From contig NIVC01000016.1 in assembly GCA_002269645.1 (NCBI GenBank), positions 620,001 through 684,000 on the forward strand: 64,000 bases of DNA. Direction: 5' to 3'. The translations under genes were made by a program, and so were the position numbers. Source of the DNA: Macrostomum lignano. Its lineage: Eukaryota. Of the stretch, positions 1-13,970 are shown in pieces (positions within the stretch are counted from its first letter, which is position 1; each line of letters starts with the position of its first letter). The notes below the pieces were generated by a model that was not told the origin of the DNA, ran no database searches, and was given only the letters and a program-made list of their open reading frames with translations.

Positions 1-425
1 TCTGACTGAGAGTCGCCCTCTGATCCCATCTGAGAGTCGCCCTCTGACCCCATGAGAGAATCGCCCTCTGACCCCATCTGAGAGTCGCCCTCTGACCTCA
101 TCTGAGGGTCGCCCTCTGACCCCATGAGAGAATCGCCCTCTGACCCCATCTGAGAGTCGCCTTCTGACCCCATCTGAGAGTCGCCCTCTGACCCCATGAG
201 AGAATCGCCCTCTGACCCCATATGAGAGTCTCCCTCTGACCTCATATGAGAGTCTCCCTCTGACCCCATGAGAGAATCGCCCTCTGACCCCATGAGAGTC
301 GCCCTCTGACCCCATCTGAGGGTCGCCCTCTGACCCCATGAGAGTAGCCCTCTGACCCCATCTGAGAGTCGCCCTCTGACCCCATGAGAGTCAGCCCTTA
401 ATCCCTAGAAAGTGGCCTCTGACCC
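1..425. repeat. Minisatellite, 22-24 bp unit (TCTGACCCCATCTGAGAGTCGCCC), truncated by the window start
   Basis: Unit read directly from the sequence; variants ATCTGAGAGT / ATGAGAGAAT alternate. Confidence 0.95.
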
Positions 426-1304
426 CCATTGAGTTTGGTCAATCACCGGCATTATAATTTCACAAAAAGTGTACCTACTCATTTTAGTACTACATATTGC
501 CTTTTGCGAATAAATTTGTCAGAAAAAATGTTTCGACTTTTTACCAACGCTCTGCTCAGCTACTGAATTTGCATAGCAACTAACTTCAGAGTTTTGACAG
601 TAGGTCTATTCTAGGTCTGCTTGCAGCGCCTAGTTGTCCTGCAGAAGACAATTTGTCTGCGTTGTGGCTTTTATGATTTTTTATAAATTCTTCCAAAATG
701 TTTAAATAATAACACCAACTGACAATGCTCATAGCTGCACAGGACTGGGAGTGAAAGACTGGCACATGGCTGACTTTTTTATCTTTTTTTTACTACTGCT
801 GCTGATACTACTGTTAATAAGTATAATATACTACTGCTATGCATTGCTCATTTTAGTGTATTTATAATCTTGTGTGCATGTGCTCCATCCGAAGCCCGGC
901 ACTCACCAGTTTTCTATAGATATCCCGCCTCATCTGTGGCCCAGCATCCCCAGCTTCACCTATGCGTGAGTGCTTGTACTCCCTTTGTCATTTCATATTT
1001 CATATTGCAAATAAACACACGCATAGCCTATGCAGAACTTGACAGTTGCGTCCCTGACAGTTCTGATTGAGACAGACCTTTCCTTGCTCATGATGATCAC
1101 TTTTTCAATCTGTTAACCGTCTGTCCGCCATCCAGATCGAGATTGTAGTGATCGTTTGTGCACTTTAACAGACACGGGCACTTCGATAACAAAATTACCT
1201 CTGCTATTGGTTTTATCGACTATTTATTTTTTATTTATTGTCCTTTGCGTTTTAAGTCCACGTCTGGATATTCAATAAATCGTCCTTTCGGGCCAGGATA
1301 GAAA

Positions 1305-2310
1305 GTGTCAGGATCGGAATCGTCAGAATTGGGAATTGTCAGGATTGGAAATGTCAGGATTGGAATTGTCAGGATTGGAATTGTCAGAATAGGAATTGTC
1401 AGGATTGGAATTGTCAGAATAGGAATTGTCAGGATTGGAATTGTCAGGATTGGAAATGTCAGGATTGGAATTGTCAGAATAGGAATTGTCAGGATTGGAA
1501 TTGTCAGGATTGGAAATGTCAGGATTGGAATTGTCAGGATTGGAAGTGTCAGGATTGGAATTGTCAGGATTGGAAGTGTCAGGATTGGAATTGTCAGAAT
1601 AGGAATTGTCAGGATTGGAATTGTCAGGATTGGAAATGTCAGGATCGGAATCGTCAGGATTGGAAATGTCAGAATTGGAACTGGCAGATTTGGGAATTGT
1701 CAGGATTGGAATTGTCAGGATTTGAATTGTCAGGATTTGAATTGTCAAGATTGGAATTTTCAGAATAGGAATTGTCAGGATTTGAATTGTCAGGATTGGA
1801 ATTGTCAGGATTGGAATTGTCAGAATAGGAATTGTCAGGATTGGAAATGTCAGGATTGGAAATGTCAGGATTGGAAGTGTCAGGATTGGAAATGTCAGGA
1901 TTGGAAGTGTCAGGATTGGAAATGTCAGGATTGGAAGTGTCAGGATTGGAAATGTCAGGATTGGAAATGTCAGGATTGGAATTGTCAGGATTGGAATTGT
2001 CAGGATTGGAAGTGTCAGGATTGGGAAGTGTCAGGATTGGAAGTGTCAGGATTGGAAGTGTCAGGATTGGAATTTTCAGGATTGGAAGTGTCAGGATTGG
2101 AAGTGTCAGGATTGGAAGTGTCAAGATTGGAAGTGTCAGGATTGGAAGTGTCAGGATTGGAAGTGTCAGGATTGGAAGTGTCAGGATTGGAATTGTCAGG
2201 ATCGGAAGTGTCAGGAGAGGAATTGTCAGGATTGGGAAGTGTCAGGATTAAAATTGTCAGGATTGGAATTGTCAGGATTGGAAGTGTCAGGATTGGGAAG
2301 TGTCGAGACT
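1305..2310. repeat. Minisatellite, 15-bp unit GTCAGGATTGGAA(T/G/A)T with occasional 16-bp units
   Basis: Direct reading; accounts for ORFs 1305..2312, 1323..1748, 1669..2124 and 1832..2251. Confidence 0.95.
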
Positions 2311-2474
2311 GAGAAGTGCTCAAGATCCCTGGCTCGCTTCTATTTCCAAGCAATCTTGTCTGACACGAAGGCTGTTTATCCCCAACGCGGTGACTCGCGC
2401 TTGGGGAGTTGGAATTGATCGAAAATTTCAAACTGTCTTGGATATTCACTGCTGCCCAGTGACAGTCCGGTGGA

Positions 2475-3464
2475 TGCTTTTAGTTGTAAACTGTGGAATT
2501 TCCTTTTTTGAAGAAGGCAGAAGCAGACGCTTGCAAGGAAAACGATGAGTGATGGCGATGTAAACAGGGGAGATCGAACGTATGGAGGCGCAGTCTGTTT
2601 ATTGCGCACTTCTGCTTTCGAAAGCATGAGCTGCAGAAGTCGCCTTGGTAGGCTGACTGCAGAAGCAGATCTGTCGATAGCGCGAGGTTGAAAGGCCGCA
2701 GAGTGTCATGCGCACTGTGCCTGAACTTCGGCTATGAAATCGTGGCCGAATTCCTGTCGCTTAGCCGCCCTACATATTTTTTCCTGTCTAGATGCACCTA
2801 ACAGCCGCTCCTACTGGCACATCCATTCTACCACACCAATCTACCAAACCGCTCACCCAATTTGCCAACCGCTCCACCAATCTACCAAACTGCTCATCCA
2901 ATCTTCCAAACCGCTCCACCAATCTACCAAACTTCTCATCCAATCTACCAAACCGCTCTACCAATCTACCAAACCGCTCCACCAATCTACCAAACCGCTC
3001 CACCAATCTGCCAACCGCTCATTCAATCTACCAAATCGCTCATCCAATCTACCAGATTGCTTATCCAATCAACCAAACCGCTCCAACAATCTACCAAACT
3101 GCTCCTTTATCTACCAAACTGCTCCTTTATCTACCAAACCGCTCCTCCAATCTACCGAACTGCTCCTTTATCTACCAAACTGCTCCTTTATCTACCAAAC
3201 CGCTCCTCCAATCTACCGAACTGCTCCTACAATCTACCAGATTGCTTATCTAATCTACGAAACCGCTCCACCAATCTACCAAACCGCAATCCAATCTACA
3301 CAATACTTACCTAGGCTGGCTAACCTCATACTGGGGCGCCAGAAAGCCGCATACAGGAGGTGCAGCATAATGCATTGATACTGCAGAACCAATTGGCTGC
3401 CCAAGCGCCCAGCCAATGGCAGCGGCAGCCAATAATTCCTTCTCGCCGACCCATTTTATACTGC
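2475..3464 (-). CDS. Candidate exons of an unidentified minus-strand gene: 3464-3311 and 2720-approx. 2475
   Basis: Exon 3464-3311 has acceptor CTGATCAG and a consensus donor AG|GTAAGT, and is open (SIKWVGEKELLAAAAIGWALGQPIGSAVSMHYAAPPVCGFLAPQYEVSQPR). It is phase-compatible with an exon from 2720 (HSAHDTLRPFNLALSTDLLLQSAYQGDFCSSCFRKQKCAINRLRLHTFDLPCLHRHH...). The intron between them holds the 22-bp array. Other exons unresolved. Confidence 0.35.
2825..3295. repeat. Minisatellite, 22-23 bp unit CCAATCTACCAAACCGCTCCAC
   Basis: Direct reading. Confidence 0.95.
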
Positions 3465-3739
3465 CTGATCAGGGGGATAATACCAAGTCATTGTCGCATT
3501 AGATCGAGAGGGATCTTCGGAAATTAAATTATGCCTAATATTTTTGTTCAATAAAAGATTGAAGATCTGAGAAACTTCTAAAGTACACCTCGAGATCGGT
3601 CAAAATACTCTGGATCGAAGGATGCAGCACAGCCATCTTTCCACGGCTGGCGCTCCGGCTGCTGGAACCTGCGAGGACGATCTGTGCAGCTGCAGCAGTA
3701 GCTATGCTGAGTTCGCTGCCGCTGCTAGGAGACTCAATA

Positions 3740-4225
3740 TGGTGAGGCTGGGATGAGTATGGAGAAGCTGGGGTGAGTATGATGAGGCTGGGGTGAGTAT
3801 GGTGAGGCTGGGATGAGTATGGAGAAGCTGGGGTGAGCATGATGAGGCTGGGTGAGTATGGTGAGGCTGGGGGAGTATGATAAAGCTGGGGTGAGTATGG
3901 TGAGGCTGGGGTGAGTATGGTGAGGCTGGGGTGAGTATGGTGAGGCTGGGGTGAGTATGATGAGGCTGGGGTGAGTATGGTGAGGCTGGGGTGAGTATGG
4001 TGAGGCTGGGGTGAGTATGGTGAGGCTGGGGTGAGTATGGTGAGGCTGGGGTGAGTATGGTGAGGCTGGGGTGAGTATGGTGAGGCTGGGGGAGTATGAT
4101 AAAGCTGGGGTGAGTATGGTGAGGCTGGGGTGAGTATGGTGAGGCTGGGGCAGTATGATGAGGCTGGGGTGAGTATGATGAGGCTGGGGTGAGTATGGTG
4201 AGGCTGGGGTGAGTATGGTTAGGCT
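3740..4225. repeat. Minisatellite, 20-bp G-rich unit GAGGCTGGGGTGAGTATGGT
   Basis: Direct reading. Confidence 0.95.
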
Positions 4226-4319
4226 TAGAGGCAGTTAGGGTTAAGATGAGCATGATGAGACTGGAATGACTATAATGATTATGATAGCTGGGATGACTAT
4301 GATGCAGTTGGCATAGACT

Positions 4320-5100
4320 ATGATGGAGCTAGGATAGATTCTGATGAAGCTAGGATAGATTCTGATGAAGCTAGGATAGATTCTGATGAAGCTAGGATAG
4401 ATTCTGATGAAGCTAGGATAGATTCTGATGAAGCTAGGATAGATACTGATGAAGCTAGGATAGATTCTGATGAAGCTAGGATAGATACTGATGAAGCTAG
4501 GATAGATTCTGATGAAGTTAGTATAGGTTATGATGAAGCTAGTATAGATTCTGATGAAGCTAGGATAGATTCTGATGAAGCTAGGATAGATACTGATGAA
4601 GCTAGTATAGATTCTGATGAAGCTAGGATAGATACTGATGAAGCTAGGATAGATTCTGATGAAGCTAGGATAGATACTGATGAAGCTAGGATACGCTCGT
4701 AGATTCTGATGAAGTTAGTATAGGTTATGATGAAGCTAGTATAGTTTCTGATGAAGCTAGGATAGATTATGATGAAGCTAGGATAGATTGTGATTAAGCT
4801 AGGATAGATACTGATGAAGCTAGTATAGATTCTGATGAAGCTAGGATAGATACTGATGAAGCTAGGATAGATTCTGATGAAGCTAGGATAGATACTGATG
4901 AAGCTAGGATACGCTCGTAGATTCTGATGAAGTTAGTATAGGTTATGATGAAGCTAGTATAGTTTCTGATGAAGCTAGGATAGATTATGATGAAGCTAGG
5001 ATAGATTGTGATTAAGCTAGGATAGATTATGATGAAGCTAGGATAGATTATGATGAAGCTAGGATGGATTGTGATGAAGCTAGGATAGATCATGATGAAG
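4320..5100. repeat. Minisatellite, 21-bp unit GATGAAGCTAGGATAGATTCT
   Basis: Direct reading; the marker variant ACGCTCGT recurs at 4693 and 4911. Confidence 0.95.
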
Positions 5101-5621
5101 CTGGGGATGCGGCAGGTCCGTGGCGTTAAGCCAGACTCATGGGAAACAAGGAAAATTTGAATTTTTACAGGAAGCAAGCAGATTATTCCTTTATTTAACC
5201 CAAAAAATAATCCACGGTGGAAATTTTTTTTCAAAAATTCTGTTCCAGTGCGTTTTGCATATTTTGTTTTTACTCTTGCTGACCGACCGACTTGCGCCTC
5301 CGGCCTGCGCTTCCCTGCTGGCAAAAATTTTGGCGGCGAACAAATTTAATAGAAACTCTTGTCCCAGAATTGCGGCCATGCAGCTGATCGTCACGCAACT
5401 GGGCCCAGTTTTCCTCTTTATTATTCTCGTAATTTTCATTTTTAATCGAATGCTTGTCTGCCTTCTTCGGCGCCCTCTATCGGCTGCTAATTCAATACGC
5501 AATTAATCCCTCTGTGCTCTTGTAAAAAACCGACTCTCAGAGCCTTGTGCGACTCAAATCCCCCATTTCAAATCCACAACTCAGCTTTTAAAAGCTTTTT
5601 CAATTGATGCAATAGTCTCTC

Positions 5622-6080
<459 letters not shown>

Positions 6081-6904
6081 AGGCAGACTCAGGAGTGCTG
6101 CTCTCCGTTATCCAAGCAGAAGCGAAACTGACTCAACTGTAAAATGCCCCCCGAGAGACTGCCAGAGAAAGGCGCATACAGCATCTGAATGCAATGCGGA
6201 GATCCCTAACGCATTAATAATTCAACAATGCAATGGTTTAGAGAGACAGAAGACGCAGGCTGACATGCCCTACGGTGGTCAGCTTGTGCCGGATTCAGCT
6301 TCTGCCAGAGAGAGCAGAGACTGCTGCTGTAGGCTCTGATGGAACCAGTAGAGATCAGGCTGGCTGATGCTGAGGGCAGGGCAGAAGGCCCGCCCCACAG
6401 CGCACGTCAGATGGCGCTGTCAGTCAGTCAGCGGCCCAAAACTGGTAGCTGGTAGCAGCCAAAGTGCCGCTAATTTCGCGCCATTTAGCAATGTGTTTTG
6501 TTTATAGCTGCGACTCTGCGATGTCCGGCTTGATTGATGTCCGCCCCAATGCTATCAGTTGCTGCGCATCGAGAGACACAGAAAGACAGGCAGACACAAG
6601 ACGGAGTACAGGAAGATGCCAAAACAGAGAGTCATAGCCCCATTTTCTGCTTTCAGAAGAACAAAAAAGCTGCTTGCTTCTGTCACTTCCATTGCTTCTC
6701 TGAAAGCAGAAAAAATTCCAAATTTTGTCGCCCGGCCCATGTCCTGCCCCTATTCTCTCTGCTCTACCTGCTTCTTCCAGTCGAAATCTCCCATCTCTTC
6801 AACCCCCTATTTCCCCCACTCTCCCCGGGCTTGCGCGCTCCGTGCATCAGGTTCAATTTTACTTTATTGGCTCTCTTAAACTGCCCGAATCTCCCCCGTT
6901 GTCA

Positions 6905-7700
6905 TATCCCCTCTCTGCCTCTCACATCTCCCCTCTCTGCCTCTCTCATCTCCCCTCTCTGCCTCTCTCATCTCCCCTCTCTGCCTCTCACATCTCCCCT
7001 CTCTGCCTCTCTCATCTCCCCTCTCTGCCTCTCTTATCTCCCCTCTCTGCCTCTCTCATCTCCCCTCTCTGCCTCTCTTATCTCCCCTCTCTGCCTCTCT
7101 CATCTCCCCTCTCTGCCTCTCCCATCTCCCCTCTCTGCCTCTCTCATCTCCCCTCTCTGCCTCTCTCATCTCCCCTCTCTGCCTCTCTCATCTCCCCTCT
7201 CTGCCTCTCTCATCTCCCCTCTCTGCCTCTCATCTCCCCTCTCTGCCTCTCTCATCTCCTCTCTCTGCCTCTTTCATCTCCCCTCTCTGCCTCTCTCATC
7301 TCCCCTCTCTGCCTCTCTTATCTCCCCTCTCTGCCTCTCTCATCTCCCCTCTCTGCCTCTCATCTCTTTTCTCTGCCTCTCTCATCTCCCCTCTCTGCCT
7401 CTTCCCTCTCTGCCTCTCATCTCCCCTCTCTGCCTCTCTCATCTCCCCCTCCCTGCCTCTCTGTTTCGATCATCTCTCATATCCCCTCTCTGCCTCTGCC
7501 TCTCTCATCTCTCATATCCCCTCTTTCATCTCCCATATCCCCTCTCTGCCTCTTTCATCTCCCCTCTCTGCCTCTCATCTCCTCTCTTTGCCTTTTTCAT
7601 CTCCTCTCTTTGCCTTTTTCATCTCCTCTCTCTGCCTCTCTCATCTCTGCCTGTCTCCTCTCTTCCCCTCTGCCTCTCATCTCCCCCTCCCTCCCCCTCT
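6905..7700. repeat. Pyrimidine-rich minisatellite, 22-24 bp unit (CTCTCATCTCCCCTCTCTGCCT)
   Basis: Direct reading. Confidence 0.95.
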
Positions 7701-8374
7701 CAAAATTTAACTTCACAGTCTTTCAAACCGCAGCAACTCCCGCACACAGAGTGCTGCAATACTCTTTAATGGCCTACTAAGTCTATAAATTAATGTCTAA
7801 GAGCATTCAGGAACTTGGGGCATCACGAGATCAGGAAATTGGCGCGCATCCCTGATATATAAATAAGTATATAAGACTTAATGAAATTAGGTTGACCACC
7901 TACCTTCACATATAATAATCGAACTAAGTAATACACAAGCCAGTACACTATGATATTGCCATCTCTCTCTCTCACTCTCAGGTGTGCTGTTTCTTGTTCT
8001 ACACACACCTCTGATTAGCAGGTAGATGTGTGGCTACAAAGCTGGCAGAAGGCCAGGCCTGAGAAGCGATCAATACCTCATCACTCCAGCCAGGCGCGGA
8101 CCTGTTAAGAGAGGCGGGCTTTGAAAAAAACTGCCTTAATTTTTTTACATTGTTCGCTCGCCACTGCTAAGCTTGAAAACTTGAGCTTGGATGGCTACTC
8201 AATCAACTCCTCCAGGGGCTGGGCGAAGAGTTGATGAGGCTGAGAGAGAGGCTGAGAGGCATCCCTATGGGAGCTGGAAATTTAGAGATTCTTAATTAAG
8301 ACCGCGTTTGCCGTGCGATGAGACGAGTTTAATAACCTGTATACGGGATTTGAGCAGCTTTGAGCTTGAAAATT

Positions 8375-9300
8375 GCCACTTTTGAATGCTGGAGACGTCA
8401 TTGTTTACTTTGGAGATGCCATTTTGAATGTGAGAAGTGCCATTTTGGAATGGTGAAGATGCCATTTTGAATGTGAGAAGTGCCATTTTGGAATGGTGAA
8501 GATGCCATTTTGAATGTGAGAAGTGCCATTTTGAAATGGTGAAGATGCCATTTTGAATGTGAGAAGTGCCATTTTGAAATGGTGAAGATGCCATTCTGAA
8601 TGTGCGAAGTGCCATTTTGGAACGGTGAAACTTTATTATAAATATTGAAGACGCCATTTTAAATGCTAGTGATGCAATTTTAAACTGTTGAAGATGCCAT
8701 TTTGATGTTTGGAGTGCCATTTTTGAATATTGAAGATGTCATTTTGAATGTTAAAGATGCCATTTTGAATGCTGGAGACGCCATTTTGAATGCTGGAGAC
8801 GCCATTTTGATTGCTGGAGACGCCATTTTGAATGCTGGAGACGCCATTTTGAATGCTGGAGACGCCATTTCGAATGCTGGAGACGCCATTTTGAATGCTG
8901 GAGACGCCATTTCGAATGCTGGAGACGCCATTTTGAATGCTGGAGACGCCATTTTGTATGCTGGAGACGTCATTTTGAATGCTGGAGACGCCATTTTGAA
9001 TGCTGGAGACGATATTTTGGACTGTTGAGGATGCCATTTTTGAATATTAAAGATGCCATTTTGAATGTTGAAGATGCCATTTTTTATGTTGAAGATGCCA
9101 TTTTGAATGTTGAAGATGAAATTTTGAATTTTTAAGATGCAATTTTGAATGTTGAAGACGCCATTTTGAACTTTGAAGATGCAATTTTGAATGTTAAAAG
9201 TGCCATTGTTAAATTTTAAAAGCATAGAAGTGCAATTTTGAATGCTGGAGACGCCATTTTGAATGCTGGAGACGACATTTTGAATGTTGGAGACGCCACT
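8375..9300. repeat. Minisatellite, 21-bp unit GCCATTTTGAATGCTGGAGAC; homogeneous core about 8760-9010 with diverged flanks
   Basis: Direct reading. Confidence 0.95.
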
Positions 9301-9650
9301 TTGAACCTACTAACAAAAAATCCTAAAAGTGGCACGCAGCTGCTGATGCACTGACTAAACACCCCAATGATTTATCCCTTAAAAACTTAAGGTTTAAACT
9401 TTCCCACACTTGACTGTGACCAAATTTGTTACCATGGTCTCCTAAATATGGGAAATGTGGGATAAGAAAAAGGAATAGGGAAATGGGCATCAGGGGCGCG
9501 AGGGAAGAGTTGCGGCCAAAGCCGCTAATTGTTTATCACTCTCTCGTGGCGCGTCACCCCAGACGCGACCTCTTGGCCTGCAGCAGCCGCCTCGGTGTCG
9601 CATGCTGCTGGGGAGAACTGAGGGGCATTTGGGACTGAAAGGGATTAGGG

Positions 9651-9907
9651 ACTAACTAACTGACTGACTGACTGACTGACTGACTGACTGACTGACTGAC
9701 TGACTGACTGACTGACTGACTGACTGACTGACTGACTGACTGACTGACTGACTGACTGACTGACTGACTGACTGACTGACTGACTGACTGACTGACTGAC
9801 TGACTGACTGACTGACTGACTGACTGACTGACTGACTGACTGACTGACTGACTGACTGACTGACTGACTGACTGACTGACTGACTGACTGACTGACTGAC
9901 TGACTGT
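9651..9907. repeat. (ACTG)n microsatellite
   Basis: Direct reading. Confidence 0.98.
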
Positions 9908-10464
9908 CCTTGAATCTGCCTCAGTGTCTTTGAATCTGCCTCAGTGTCCTTGAATCCAGCATGGATCAAGGATTCCATAGAAACCAAAAATCACCGCCAT
10001 CAGTCAACGCCGCGAGCTTCAACACACCCTATTGCTCCTTCGTCCCCAAATCCATAACTCATCCCCGAGTCTTCAGCAAGGGAAGTCAACAGCTAAAGGG
10101 AAGTGCAACTGGGCAGGGGATCAGGATTTGCTCGCTGAATAAGGATGGGGAATATTAGGAGTTTTTTGCGCTGACCAACCAGGCCTGACAGCTTTATTAT
10201 CCCAGCGAGCCAATTTCCTTCAATGCTGCACCAGCCTGCCGAGTTCCGCTGAGCTCTGCTCATTCTTCCTCATCTCCGCCGACTCTCCTGTTGCGTTCTG
10301 AGAAGTCCGTCTGAGATCTTTCGGCAAAGCGGGTAGTCCGCTTTCATTCTTCTCGACCGGGATGCGAGCTGGGTGCACTTTTTTGTCCTGCTGTGCGCGC
10401 TGTCAGCGGGGTCTTTTGATATGGACACTGCCTGTCTCCCCCACCAGCAACCACTCTCTGCACT

Positions 10465-11475
10465 CTGCTCTCTGCTCTCTGCTCTCTGCTCTCTCCCCCA
10501 CTCTCCCCCACTCTCCCCCACTCTCCCCCACTCCCCCACTCCCCCACTCTCCCCCACTCCCCCCCACTCTCCTACACTCTCCCCCACTCTCCCCCACTCT
10601 CCCCCACTCCCCACTCTCCCCACTCTCCCCCACTCTCCCCACTCTCCCCCACTCTCCCCCACTCTCCCCACTCCCCCCCACTCTCCTACACTCTCCCCAC
10701 TCCCCCCACTCTCCTACACTCTCCTACACTCTCCCCCACTCTCCCCCACTCTCCCCACTCCCCCACTCCCCCCACTCCCCCACTCTCCCCCACTCCCCCC
10801 ACTCTCCTACACTCTCCCCACTCTCCCCACTCTCCCCACTCTCCCCCTCCCCCCTCTCCCCACTCTCCCCCCCCACTCTCCCCACTCTCCCCACTCTCCC
10901 CACTCCCCCCACTCTCCTACACTCTCCCCCACTCCCCCCACTCTCCTACACTCTCCCCCACTCCCCCCACTCTCCCCACTCTCCCCCACTCTCCCCCACT
11001 CCCCCCACTCTCCTACACTCTCCCCACTCCCCCCCACTCTCCTACACTCTCCCCACTCTCCCCCACTCTCCCCACTCTCCCCCACTCTCCTACACTCTCC
11101 CCCACTCTCCCCCACTCCCCCACTCTCCTACACTCTCCCCCACTCTCCCCCACTCTCCCCCACTCTCCCCCTCCCCCCTCTCCCCACTCTCCCCACTCCC
11201 CCCACTCTCCCCACTCTCCCCACTCCCCCACTCTCCTACACTCTCCCCCACTCCCCCCACTCTCCCACACTCTCCCCCACTCCCCCACTCTCCCCCACTC
11301 TCCCCCACTCTCCCCCACTCCCCCCACTCTCCTACACTCTCCCCCACTCCCCCCACTCTCCTACACTCTCCCCCACTCTCCCCCACTCTCCCCACTCTCC
11401 CCACTCTCCCCCACTCCCCCACTCTCCCCCACTCTCCACAACTTTCCTTCACTCTCCACTCTCCCCCACTCCCTT
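10465..11475. repeat. C-rich minisatellite, 9-10 bp unit (CTCTCCCCCA)
   Basis: Direct reading; runs of 4-6 C in nearly every unit. Confidence 0.95.
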
Positions 11476-12744
11476 TGTAGTGTTTGCTTGCAAGCAAATT
11501 TCTGCACATAGCTTTGCATTGACAATTATTACGAGTACACTCGTAATTATTGTTCTATAGAAGTTGCAGACGCCAGCAGTTCCTGCAACTCTCTTCTCTG
11601 CCGTAGTTTCTGCTTTAACGTGCGGTCGCCATTAAAAGCAGTCAGAGAGCTCCGTTGACCAAGAAGCTGCAGATAAGCATCTTTCGGGCTAGGGATCACT
11701 CTAAAGTAGAACGAAAAATTTTTTATGAGGACTTTATTGGGCCAAAATAATTACTATAAGATTTAGGGTTCAGCGAATTATGCTGCTAATTGCATGGCAA
11801 CAGGCAACATTTAGTCTCCGAATTCATTGGCTCCTCCACTCTCTCGAACTATCCATAATTTCAGGTGCGCGAGAAAGAAACGAGCAGAAACTTTCCCGAA
11901 ACACACCGGGGAACAAGGAATTTTTCTTAGAAAAAGCTGCTTCGCGCACCTGGCTCGCTCTCAATCGGTTAAATTTTTCTAAGAAACGCTTGCTCGCGCC
12001 GCGTGGTACCTCAAGTATATTTCTCCTACCAATTGGGACTTCAGTCGGGCTTGGCTGGGAAAAAGACTTCCAGATAGTCCCCCTGAGGGGAGAATCTTCC
12101 CTAGCTCTCCCCTTTTTCCCTTCTCTCCGTCTCCTCTCTCTCTGGGGATCAAAATGCCTTTCAAAAAACCAGACAATCCGACAGACAAGCGACTATCAGG
12201 AGCGACCAGCTGCGCTGCTTGGCGCTCACGGCCGCCTGAAAATGAAGCCGCAGAGCGGGATCAGGGAGGGAAGCGCGAGACGGGGACACAACCCCCTCCC
12301 CGATAGCAAATACGAATCCCATGACAGTTTTCCCCAATATCTCCATTCCCACCCACAACTTGTCGTGCATTTTTCCCCTCCAATTTTTTGCGCACTTCTT
12401 GTGCAACTGCGGCTGGCAGCGGAGGCAGTGCAAGGGAGGAAACAGCAGCAGAAGAAGCTGCTGCAGGTGCGCAGGCGGGGGCCCCGCTGCACCTCTGCAG
12501 CGGCAAGTCAGGCATTTCCTCATCGCTGTCTTCGCCCCAGACTGCTCAGAGCTGGGGGCAGGCTTTGGCATTGCCGCGTGAGCTCACGGCCAGGACTCCT
12601 CATTCTTTGTCTCCTACCGTGGGGGCTGGGCTAATTTCGGTTAATGAGTTGGACAAAGTTGACCTCTCTGAACTGCTTTCAGAGTGCTTCCTGCCTGCGG
12701 CCAATTTGTATGGCTGGCTGCTTGCGGCTAATTGCTTACCGCCC

Positions 12745-12929
<185 letters not shown>

Positions 12930-13649
12930 GCAGTTTCCTCTGCCAGCAGCTCCTCTGCCGCAGCCCCCGGACCTCCCCTGGGGAAGCGGCCGCCCTACTC
13001 AAGAAGACAGAGGCTGAAAGAAGAAAAAATTCTCTCCATTTCAGAAATGGCGGTGGAGGGAAGGGAAGTGTGAAAACAGCAGGGGTGCCGGGAATTCAGA
13101 GCACGCCGGCCTCCACTTGCTTTCGGCCACTCCACGAGGGCTCCCTGCCCCGATCCCCTCCGCCCCCAAGCCGGGCGGACTGTTCCATAAATTCTTCCCA
13201 CACTTCTGTCTCTCCGCCACAGGCCGAGAGCCACTTGCCTGTCGCCTGGCGCTTTTTCTCGCAATCTAGAATTCCCTCCTCTGCTCAAGCGTTTCAAGCT
13301 CGCCTCTAGGAGCAGATTTCCAAGAGCAGAAGATCTGTTGGGGCACGCCTGCCGCATCTCCTACCAAGCGGTTCGATTGAGCCCGCTGGCCGTCTGCAAA
13401 AATAAATATTAAAAGCATTCATTTTCTCTATTCCGCATCGAGCTGTCAGACGGTGCCGAATTCCATATTGCTAGCCTGGCCAGGCTGCATTTTAATTTTT
13501 CTACCAAGTGATCGGGATCATATTTTTTAGCAGCCAATGGCTGATTGAATAGTGCACACTGATTTTGAAGCAGACAGCCATTTGCCGATATAAGCATGAT
13601 ACCGAGAAGCTATTCTAATTTTAGAGTCGCTATATTTTGTTTATTCGGT

Positions 13650-13970
13650 ATGAGTCAGAATCCCTTTAAGAATCCCTTTAGTACAACCCAAATGAGTCAC
13701 CAGACAAGACTTAAATGCTTCTATTTTTAGAAACGCTATCAGTGCAACCAATAGGGGTAATCAATAAATGCTTCTATTTTTAGAATCCCTTTAGTGTAAC
13801 CCAAATGAGTCACCAGACAAGACTGAATGCTTCTATTTTTAGAATCGCTATCAGTGCAACCCAAATGAGTCACCAGACAAGACTGAATGCTTCTATTTTT
13901 AGAATCCGCTATCAGTGCAACCCAAATGAGTCACCAGATAAGACTGAATGCTTCTATTTTTAGAATCGGC
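13650..13970. repeat. Tandem repeat of about 60 bp, about 5 imperfect copies, containing TGAGTCA
   Basis: CCAAATGAGTCACCAGACAAGACTGAATGCTTCTATTTTTAGAATC recurs at 13801, 13861 and 13922. Confidence 0.9.
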
